64,000 nt of DNA, from assembly GCF_026210795.1 (NCBI RefSeq), contig NC_089435.1, positions 3,410,001 through 3,474,000 on the forward strand, in the 5' to 3' direction. Under the pieces are notes generated by a model that saw only the letters and a list, made by a program, of their open reading frames with translations, did not search any database and was not told the origin of the DNA. Shown one piece after another: positions 53,425-64,000 of this stretch. The translations under genes and the position numbers were made by a program. This DNA is from Rhizophagus irregularis. Its lineage: Eukaryota. Each line of letters starts with the position of its first letter. The stretch's first letter is position 1.

Positions 53425-56400
53425 ATGGTTTGGGATCACTATGAACAATCTGAATCGTTGACTACCAGAATAAAAAATATTATCAAGGTAACTTTGTTTC
53501 TATTCAATCATTCATATATCAATTTTATATAATATCGTACCTGAAAAACATACTTAGGACTATCGTACGGACGATCTATTTAGAGAATTTCTCCAAGTGA
53601 GTAATTCACTATAAAAATAAAATTTTTTAATAGAAAAAAAAAAAATTTAATGTGAGAAAATAACTTCTTATATAGAATGCAGATGATGCTGAAGCCACAC
53701 GTTTTTTGGTAATCGTGGACGAAAGGCAATTTAACTTTCCTAATAAATCATTCATTTCAAAAGAAATGGAGGATTGGCAAGGTCCTGCTATATGGATTTA
53801 TAATGATGCAGAATTTACAATGAATGATTTCAATTCTTTGATTAAACTTGGTATTGGAGAGAAATTTAATGATGACACGAAAATTGGAAAATCTGGGATA
53901 GGATTCAACTGTGCGTATCATTTCACAGATTTACCTAGCTTTTTGACCGGGAAATATATTGTATTTTTGGATCCACATGCAAAATATCTTCCTCCCACGG
54001 GATATCCTCCTAAAAGACCAAAACGTATTCGAGCTGATTTTGTTGACGGGAGATTAAAAGAAAATTTTCCAGATCAATGCTACCCATATGAAGCGATATT
54101 TGATTTTATTAAGAATAAATTTTCATATAAATACAGTTGTGATTTTTCAGGAGGTTTCAATGGAACCTTATTTAGACTTCCACTCAGGACTCCTAAGTTA
54201 GCAAAAGATAGTGATATATCAACCAAAGTTATCAGTACTCATAAAATTGTGGAACTATTCAGTAATATTCAGGATAATAATGAGATGCTATTTTTAAGAA
54301 ATATAGAATCGTGTGGCTTATATCGCATGAAAGGTAGAGAACTTCAATTGATCTGGGAAGAAAGAATTAACATGACAGAAGAACACCGTCGATTTCGCCG
54401 AAGTGTTATTGACAGAGAACAAATTTATCAAATGAATATTGAAAAATTTAATTATGTACAAAACAAAAAAGTTTCGGAAATATGGGCTGTATGTACGGGA
54501 GGACACAACAAGGTCAAACCAGAGTCAAGGGAACTTGAAGGAAAACTTAAAAAATTTTCAGAGAAAAAACGACTGAAGGTAAACGAATTATACAATATTT
54601 TATTTTATTTACATGTATTTGAACAATATTTTATCAAATTTTAATTTCATTCATTTAAGCCAAGAGGTGGAGTTGCTGTTTTACTTGCTCAATCTGACAA
54701 AAAATCATTGTATGAATTGAGAGATGAATCGGTAAATTTTTTCTTTTTTGTAATATTTGTCTATCAAGTATTAACCCTATTAATTTTTTACATTACAGTT
54801 TCCAAATCCTCCCGATCTTACAGGAAAAATTTATTCATATTTATCTCTATCAATAACTACCAATTTGGGGGTTCACCTAAATGGGGACTTTTCATTATCT
54901 AGTGCAAGAAGTGGCGTTCTACCGTCTGACAGCGGATTTTTACTAGCCGATTGTGATGATGCAAAATGGAATAATTATATTATGCATGACGTTTTATCCG
55001 ACTTACACGTTAAATTAATTGAATATATTGTGGAGCTTGAAGAAGCTCGGTACAAAGAGACAAATAAGAAAACAGATTTTGTATCACATACCATGAATAA
55101 TTTTTGGCCTATTCCTGCTAGGGAAAATTTAATCCCGGCGTATAAAAGCTATGGATTAAACGTTATTAGAAAATTAGGCCTTAGAAGCAAAATTTTCTGG
55201 ACCGGAGTTAATAATGGTCAATTTATTTCATTAAAAGATACTAGAATTTTTGAGAAAGAGAAAGCAATAATTGCAGATATGTTGGTTAAATCAGGAATTT
55301 CAGCTGTGAAACTTGATAAAGATAAAATTGAACAACTTGATGAAATTAAATCCACGAACAATCCAAGATTTCCTTATGAACCTATAAACGGAAAATTAAT
55401 TTGTAATGAATTACAAATGAGGAGATTTAAGTTGCCTTCTTTTAATACCGGCGATTCATTATTCCAATTACTTGAATTTATCCTTCATGATAAAAGTTCT
55501 TTTAAAAATCTAACCGGATTACCATTAGTTCCATTGAATGATGGATCAGTCGGTAAATTTGGTGAAGTTTATTATATCGGGAAAGATAAACATTTAAAAT
55601 TGTTTCCAAATAGTGGGTCATCAAAATTTATCTCCATCGAATTACCGGAGAATCTACAGAAAATTTTTAATGATGATGAATTTATTTCATGTACAAATAT
55701 CAAAAAGCTTGATGCCTCGGTTGTTGTGGATCTCTTCATGGATGAATTACGTCCCGTAAAAGAACTTGAGTGGGATCCCGATGGAGAATCTATCCCGAAT
55801 AAGATTTGGCTTGATAAAATCTGGTCAATATTGAACAAATCAACGGAAAATATAGATTTCAATGAACTTTCTAGATATCCTCTTTTACCAATGGTTAACC
55901 CTTCCAATATGCTTATTCGCCTTGACATGGATGACCCACTTTTATATATTCCTGAGGATGGACATGTTTTATATCCAATATTAGTAAAATTAAAAGTACG
56001 TATTACTAATATGTCATTTCATGAAAATGCTGACGAAAACCTCCAAAAATGTGTCGACAAATGTACTCCTATAAACATAATTTCTACTTTGAAGAGAGCA
56101 TGTGCTTCTTCATTTTCGGATATGGAACAATTGTTTTATAAGAGTGATCTGGAAGATGTGGACTATGAAAAGCTTAGAGCATTTATTAAAGCGGAAATTG
56201 ATACCTTGATTAGTGAGTTTAAAGAACGATTAAAAATTTTTGTATTTTAATATTTTATATATTTACCTTTTTATTATCTTAATAGAGCATGGACAAGAAG
56301 ATCGAAGCTTTATGGATACTTTAAAATCTTTACCCATATGGCCAGTGCATTCTTCTGAAAATAAGTTCAAAGATGCCATATCCGGAATTCTTCTTACTTA

Positions 56401-58286
56401 CAAGCTTCCATTTTTTTCCTTTAATCAAAATACTTTTTTCTACAAATGTAATAACGAGTTAGATTTCAATGTTCTTACTAAATTGGGTGTCAATTCTGTA
56501 GATGAATTAGAATACATTAGACATTATATAGTACCAGCACTCACTACACAACTTCCAGAACCTTCCGAAGAATATATCAATTTCTTGCGAAGTGTTTTAT
56601 CTTTAGGGAATCATGAAATTGAACAATGTCTTAAATTATATCGAACAATACCGAATCAGTCAGTTTCTTCTTTGGTAAGGGTCGATACTTTATACGATGC
56701 GAATAATCCTGTTTTCCGCAGTATCTTTGCCAACACAGACAAACTTTTACTGCCAGAACTACAAAATGATCCTGCTTGTTTAGAAGCTTTAGGAAGAATG
56801 GGTCTTAAACGTCAAGTAAATTATAACATATTTATCGAATGTGCGTTAGAAATTGAATCACAGAAATCACAGATTAAATATGATAGATTTCAAGAAAATA
56901 TGGTTAGAGATCGAGCAAAAATTTTAGTAAGATATTTATATGAACATATTAATTCCTTAAACTTCAACTCTGAACAATGGTACAAAATTCTAAGAATCAA
57001 ATTTGTTCCATCAGAAAAGAATCATCAAAATAATCAAAATCAATTTTATCAAGGACAAAAAGAGACTTTAGGGTTTGAATCATTTAAAGATCTTTGTTCT
57101 CATAAATATAAGAAAATATGCTGGACTCAATGTCCATTATTTGATGATGATGTTGAACCAACTACTAGTTTTAGTGAGAAGCATCCAGAAATTGGATTTC
57201 CAACTACAGAAAATATTATTGATCATTTATTTACTGTTGTGACGATGTCTAAAGAAAAAAAATGGAGTAAAAATAATGAGGAGGAACTAAAAAATGTAAT
57301 TAATGAAATTTATAAAATGTTGAATGAACTTTGTAAAGATATAAATCGTAGAATGTTGAGTATAAAGAAAATGCACTCTAGAAAGATATTTTTAAATGGA
57401 GATGATCCGTTCGATGAAAACAGCTGGGTAGCAAGAGAAGAACTTGTATTTGGATTACAAGAAGATATTAAAAAGAGATTTTACAAAGTTAATGAATGTT
57501 TAAAAGAATATAAAGAGCTATTACTTACCGGAGCTCCTTGTTTAGATTGTTTAGATCCCAAACCAATTTCAAAAGTCATAATAAATGATCAAAAAGATGT
57601 GATAATTAATTCTTTAATAAATAAACTTGTAAATAAACCTGATGATAAATTTCATGATGTAATTTTTATTGTTGGTGAAGAAAAAGTAAGAATTAGTGCT
57701 AATAGATATGTGCTTTCAGGTATATTAAATGATATTTTTTTTTTTTTCGCAAGTTTTAAAGTTTTAAAGATATTACTTACTAATATTAAAAATTATTTCA
57801 TACATAGCTGCTTCAAAACATTTTGAAGAAATTTTTTATGAAGAATCAAGTGAAACAACAAAAAATGAAATCAATGTTCCAATAAATATTCAAGCAAATA
57901 CATTTCATACATTTCTTCAATTATTATATGGACAATCAATCGAAAATATAACAAAGGACATTAAGTCGGATGATTATTTAACATATTTATTTGACCTTTT
58001 AAAAGTAATTGATTTTTATAAAATTGAATCAATTAAAAATCAAATAGAAGAAATGATTATAAGAGAAAATTATATTAATATTAATGATATTTGTGAAATT
58101 TTAAAATATTCAAAGGAATTTAACGCGAAACAATTAAGAAATCATTATGAAAAATTTATAAAAATTAATAAGGAATTGATTAAAAAGCAATTATTGGAAC
58201 TTTGTAAAAATTTAACAAATTACGAAGAAATATTAGAAATGTCACAAAAAACAAAAATATTAGATCCATTACTTTCGTATGATTAA
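53425..58286 (+). CDS. Sacsin-like protein C: single sacsin repeat plus BTB/POZ (homologous to the 3' half of A and B)
   Basis: Starts MVWDHYEQSESLTTRIKNIIK; EFLQNADDA, KIGKSGIGFN, GTLFRLPLR; BTB HDVIFIVG...RYVLSAASKHF. Same intron positions as the 3' halves of A and B. The start codon is inferred. Confidence 0.85.
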
Positions 58287-60286
58287 TAAAATTCATTGAA
58301 TTATTGAAATATAGTAATTGAAATTAAAAAAGGACATCAAAAAAAAAAATAGTAGTACAACTGTACAAGGAGTTCAAAAACCGGACAATTATTAATTAAT
58401 TAATAAGAATTTGTTTTGTTATTATAAATTTTTTTTTTTACATTAAAAACATTTAAAGTTATATATTATTTTTTTTTTTTGACATAATACTTTCTTATCT
58501 TTTTCTATTATCTATTATCTTTATAATATCTTTATAAGAAAAAAAGACGTAAGAAAAATTTATTAAATTGTTTCACGACATTATTTCTCGATACTAAAAA
58601 GATACTTTTCTTTAAGATCCGAAATTTCCTATAAAAGAATATTAAAAAAAATATTAAAATATTACTGTATTGATTTGATTCAATATCGGATTTATTATCC
58701 GGGATCCTTAATACAAGTAGTAGTACAAGGCCGAAATTTTTTGTACATTCGTTAACAAAAAAAAAATTTCCCTTTTTTTTACTTGAAAACAAAAAATATT
58801 TTGTGTAAATTTTACCACATGAAAAACATCAGCGATTTGATCATGATGCTACATTTGTTAATAATAAATTATATGTTTTTGGGTGAGTCACACCTGAATC
58901 CATTAAAAAAAGGACTTCTTTATCCTTGATGATTGACAATTTTTTCAGAACATTTTGTTTTTCCAATCATTCATTGATTGGCACAACGTGATACAAATAA
59001 CATCAAATTATTATAAAACGTATCAGAATTGTTGAACAAGAAAACCAATTGTGACAATACCCGAAAACCCGATTGAACCGAACCGAGCACAACAATATTT
59101 TACTTTTTAAAAAAAAATTGACAAGTTTATTTTGTAAATATTTTTTAGATTTATGCACGATAGTTTATCATTGCACACTTACTATTCACTCTATTCCATT
59201 TATATCCACAAAGAACATAATAATTGCTTAAATTTTAGTAGTTTATTAATTATCCATTCATAAAAATTTGAAACGTTTTAAGTTAATCTTTCATTACTTC
59301 TTTTAATATCAACGAAATCATTTGAAAAAAAAATTCTTTTTTTTAAATAAAATTAATTTTAAAAGTAAAAAAGTAAAAAAGTAAAAGTAAAAGTAAAAGT
59401 AAAAGTAAAAGTTAATAATTTTTTTTAAACGTAATTTTTTTTAAAAAAAATATCCTTACTTTAGAAGTTATTAATTCGATAAATTTTAATCTTTTTTGCT
59501 TCAAAAAAAAAAAAATTTATAGTATTTTTTTTACTTTTAAAATTATTTATTTATTTGTTTATTATTTAACAAATATTTTAAATTATTTATTTATTTATTA
59601 TTAAAAGATTTACATATAAAAATAACAAATTTAATTTAAATGTTAAATGTTTCGTTTAGGATATAAAAGGAATTCTAATAAAGTTTTTTTAATTTTTAAT
59701 AACATCAGTTATATATATATAATATATATATAATATATTATATATATATATTTTTTTTTAATAACAAAAATATTAATATTATTTTTCATTTGTTCGTAAT
59801 TAAAGATAACGTATTCTGATCTCAAATAAGTAAAACAAAGAAATTCTCTCAAAGTTCCTATCTATAATAAAATTTTTATTGTTGTAAAAATTGTAAGGGG
59901 AAAGTTGGTTGTTTCTTTTTTTAACCTCATACCGGAAATTGGGGTTGCGAGTGTAACATGTAGCATGACATTATTTGTTTCAAATATAAATATTTCAAAC
60001 CCTCATTTACAACCCAACAATTGTTGTGTAACATGTGTAACAGTCACAGCTTAAAATACGATTTTTTATCGATCGCGCTTGAAATACTATTAAAGACACA
60101 ATGTTATTTATAAAAAATCAATGTATACCCTCAATAACGAAAATCATTTTCTCAAACAAGTTCAATATTAAGTAATCATCAATAAATAAATTCCATAAAA
60201 TTGCGATTGTAAAATTTTCTTATATAAACCACGGGATATTTTCAACTTTCATCATAAGTTTTTTTCTTTAAACTTTTATTCTTATA

Positions 60287-60317
<31 letters not shown>

Positions 60318-60416
60318 TAAAAAAAAAGTATATATATCTTCTTTTACATTTTTCGCTTAGCGTTTTTCATTTTCTCGTTTGAATTTACAAATTTTTAAAT
60401 TATTTTTTTTTTAAAT

Positions 60417-60917
60417 ATGCCTAAAATTTCTTCGAAACAAAAAAATCGCAAAATTGTTACTTCATCCATGAAGAATAATAAGAATAATAGAAACAATAAC
60501 AATATCAATTCATTTCATCTCAGAAATGATCTCGCCGAAGTAAAACCTTCTTTTCCTACAACTGTAACCATGAAAGATTTAATCAGAAACGCTGTTAATT
60601 CTTACTCTCGAAGATCTCTTCCCAACGCTTTTTTCGCTTATAGAATGGCTTTAATTAACGAGTATCGTATTAAAAATCGTAAATTACCTCGTATGGGTGA
60701 AATTTCTAAAATCGCTAAAATTTTTTGGGATTTAGAACCTGATTATGTCAAGGATTCTTATAAAACTTTAACTAGAGATGCTAAATCATTATATAAACAG
60801 AATCAAATTGTTTTAGATAAAAATATGAATTATATCAAACAAAATAACATGGCAGGAGATCATGTTGAAGTTAATCAAGATACTAAGGGTTTCTCTTATT
60901 CAACATTTTACTGTTAA
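60417..60917 (+). CDS. MATA-type HMG-box transcription factor
   Basis: RRSLPNAFFAYR...MGEISKIAKIFWDLEPDYVKDSYKTL fits the HMG-box consensus (PNAF..YR, IS......W..E....K..Y). The 3' end may be spliced near 60888. Confidence 0.85.
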   Translation: MPKISSKQKNRKIVTSSMKNNKNNRNNNNINSFHLRNDLAEVKPSFPTTVTMKDLIRNAVNSYSRRSLPNAFFAYRMALINEYRIKNRKLPRMGEISKIAKIFWDLEPDYVKDSYKTLTRDAKSLYKQNQIVLDKNMNYIKQNNMAGDHVEVNQDTKGFSYSTFYC

Positions 60918-62277
60918 ATTCTAACAGTAATATATATTTTTATGTTAGCTAGTTAGTAAATACTGTAGATAAGCAGATAGATACTATATAGTAGATTTTA
61001 TTTATGTAAAACAAGATAGATATTAGGTTATTTATTTAATTATTTGGTATTTATGTAACTTTGATAACAATATTAAGCATTTTTTTAAGAAATTTATATT
61101 TTTTTGTATTTATATTATTTATTCTATCAAATATTTATTTATTTATTTATTTATATTTAATAAACGAAATAATTTCTTTAAGATAAATATAAGATTATTG
61201 GGTAATACCTTATGCAGACATTCAAAATTCATGTTCCATATAAAAAGCATAGTGTAAATGTGTGAGATATTTAATCTAAATGATGAAGATATTTTACGCA
61301 ATAATAATTTTTATGATGCAACGTACGTAATTTACAAAGTTCCAAATAGTTAATATAGTTAATTCACTTCTGTATAGTACTTATCACTCAACTTTTGCAC
61401 ACACATAATGGTATCCAGTTTTAGTAAGTTTTAACCTTACTAAAGTACAAAAGTACAGGTAATAATTAAACATGGCGATCAGAACCCGAAAATTCAAAAT
61501 TTTGATACTCATTAAATCCGACTTTTTTTGTTTAGACTTTGTAATACTTTGACAATTAAATTTTAATATTTTATTTAAATGTTATAGTTTTTTTGCATAT
61601 AAAGATATAAAGATATAAAAGATATAAAATTATAATTTTTATTTTTTTATTTTTTTATTTTTATCTTTAATATGCTGATTAAAATTTTAATAAATCATTT
61701 TTTTTAAAAAAATTTTTGGATATTAAATAAGTGTTGCTTCTTACATTTTTTAATGCGTAAAGTCTTACAAATGAAAATGGTTTAAAAAGTACATCATTAA
61801 TAGCACGGACCCTGAAAATTGTCACAATTTTGCGTTTTCTAAGTGTTTCAGGATGATAAATACAGGCGGACTATCAATTTTATATTTTTTAATTTATTAT
61901 TTTTTTTAATAACGGAATAAATTACACAAGATATAATTTGTTTATTATTAATATTACACAAAGGAATAATTTAAAATCAAACTAAATTTATTATATACAT
62001 CTTATGAAGGTTAAACTAAATTCCTAATTCTAAGCTAATAGTATCGAAATTAATAAGTTAAGCTTACATGCATTGTTATATATGGTCACGTGTATATAAG
62101 TCACGTGCGGGACAGACAAACGTAAAATTCCTCCGCTCCGCTTCGGACAATTAGTATGATATTACCTCCGTTGATGCACTATGCACCAATATAGCCGATA
62201 TTTGACCATACCATAAATACATATTATACCCTTTATCGTCTACTGAATTATTGATATCGTTTAAAGTGTCGCATGTT

Positions 62278-62440
62278 TGAACTCCAGTTAGATAAATACA
62301 GATTCAAGTAGAATGAACTCTAGTTAGACAAATACAGATTCAAGTAGGAGAATGAACTCTAGTTAGATAAATACAGATTCAAGTGGAAGAATGAACTCTC
62401 GAACCCTAGTTAGATAAATACAGGTTCAAGTGGAAGAATT
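62278..62440 (+). repeat. Minisatellite, 4 copies of a ~36-45 bp unit
   Basis: GAACTCTAGTTAGATAAATACAGATTCAAGT(A/G)GAAT repeated head-to-tail. Confidence 0.9.
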
Positions 62441-63145
62441 GAGAAAAATTATATTTTTTTAAAAATTGTCTTTATACAGTACCAATTAATGATTATTAGT
62501 TTCACTTTATCAATTCTTCGTTATTAGAAGATTAGTTATTGTCATAAGTAATTTTAACTATATTCAAAATAAGATATTGAGAAAAAAAAAAAATTAAATA
62601 ATAAATAAACAATGTTACAATAATTTATTAATTTCCAATTATGAATTTACAATTACAGTAATTACAGTAAAGTTGAACATTCAAGCCATTAAATTTAGGA
62701 AACCTGTAGAGTGGGTAACACAATTTCTATATTAGAAGATAATCAGTGTAGCAGAGTACTATATAAGGAATTACAAAACGTATTATATTGTTTGTCATTT
62801 TTTTTTTTTTTGAAAGTATTATAATAAATAAATAATGTATTGTTTGTTACCATAACTGATAATAATTAACGTTAAAACTGAATATTTTAAACCATTTAAT
62901 AATGTTTAAATGTTTGTTATTATTTCGAAAAAAAAATTTAAAAAAATGTTTCAAAATGATCTGCGAACACGTGTCATTTCAACATACATTCATTATCGGA
63001 GAAAATATTATGTAAATCCAAAAAGTATGCCCCAGTCTATGTCTTATATTTCTAAAATAAAAAAAAAATCCAAAAAGTATGAAAAAAAAAATAAGAAGTA
63101 TCTTATTATGAATAATCTTGATGAAAAAATTTTTTTTTAAAGGTA

Positions 63146-63261
63146 CAAGTGCGTTATAACGACATCTCGACGACGACATACAGTACTATTTTTTTTGGAT
63201 TCCTTTGATGTCGTTATATCATTATAACGACGAAGAATATCGTTATAATGGGCGACACTTG
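63146..63261. mobile_element. Small TA-flanked MITE remnant
   Basis: TA-CAAGTG..CGTTATAACGA left end, TCGTTATAATG..CACTTG-TA right end, internal TTATAACGAC repeats. Confidence 0.5.
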
Positions 63262-64000
63262 TAAATGAAAAAATTTTCGCAATCGACTGAAGGGTGATAT
63301 TTAAAAAAAATATCATTATTGAAAGAAAGCTTTTCTCGAGTTGAATTTCAAGTTAAAAACGAGTCATGCTATTATATTATACAACTAAAATTATTTTTAT
63401 ATGTTTATATGTGAAATTATAAGTTTATTTGGTGAATTATATAATTTTCAATTTATACTTCAAATAAATGATGTATTTTTACAATTTCCGATGAATATTT
63501 TTTTTTTATTTATTCATTTTATCTTTTCATCACAATTTTACTTAATAATAAAATTTACAGTAAATAATTTAAAAATATTAATATTATTAAACGGCCAAAT
63601 AAATAAATGTAATTATAATATTTTACTGTATGTGATAACGATATTCGATATTAAACTTTAAATTGATCGATTTTAACAGAATCTAAATTATTCAGAATTC
63701 TTAAATTAACTTATTAATCGAAATCGTTGTAACACGGACATGTACATTTCACGAAACATCATCACCGTTCTGTCATATCCCAATCAATTGATCCTACTGA
63801 ATTTCCTGTGTAGAATAGTAGAATACCTTCAGTGACAAACACTGAAAGAATATTTTATGGTTAGTTGTATATACTATTGCAATTTATTATTATTATTATT
63901 TTTTGAATTCGCAAGTGCTGTTGTCAAAAAAATATATAGGAATACTCAAATTTTTACATAATCAATCGGGTATAGTATGCGATAAATATTAGGCGATATG

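Noticed and set aside
33867..55928. Many short antisense or alternative-frame ORFs within the sacsin genes
   Set aside because: Shadow ORFs of long coding exons with no independent motifs.
60417..60917. Mating-type locus
   Set aside because: No flanking MAT-associated genes, and HMG boxes are highly multicopy in this lineage.
62278..62440. CRISPR-like array
   Set aside because: Units are contiguous with no unique spacers, there are no cas genes, and the context is eukaryotic; it is a minisatellite.

Overview
Very AT-rich eukaryotic DNA with short GT-AG introns. The gene families present (MATA-type HMG box, BTB/POZ, F-box, kinase-family debris) suggest an arbuscular mycorrhizal fungus of the Rhizophagus type; this is an inference. 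The left half (1-33 kb) is transposon-rich. It holds a small secreted 8-Cys peptide gene, a TA-flanked Tc1/IS630-type element, F-box, pogo, nuclease-like and kinase pseudogenes, and a 3-exon secreted class-3 lipase. It also holds a tandem segmental duplication (about 16.7-23.6 kb and 23.6-28.8 kb) carrying a multi-pass membrane protein gene, where the sister copy provides empty sites for a foldback MITE and a CACTA-like element. The right half (33.4-58.3 kb) is a head-to-tail array of three large multi-exon genes fusing sacsin-type HSP90/GHKL ATPase repeats to a C-terminal BTB/POZ domain, followed by an HMG-box gene. The sacsin-BTB array is the best candidate for an undescribed system: one paralogue has two intact ATPase repeats, one has a lid-deleted second repeat, and one is a single-repeat, possibly mosaic, form. 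A triplicated intronic pseudoknot-like motif with a compensatory base change (6.85-7.16 kb) is the most notable non-coding signal. All assignments come from reading motifs by eye; no searches were run.
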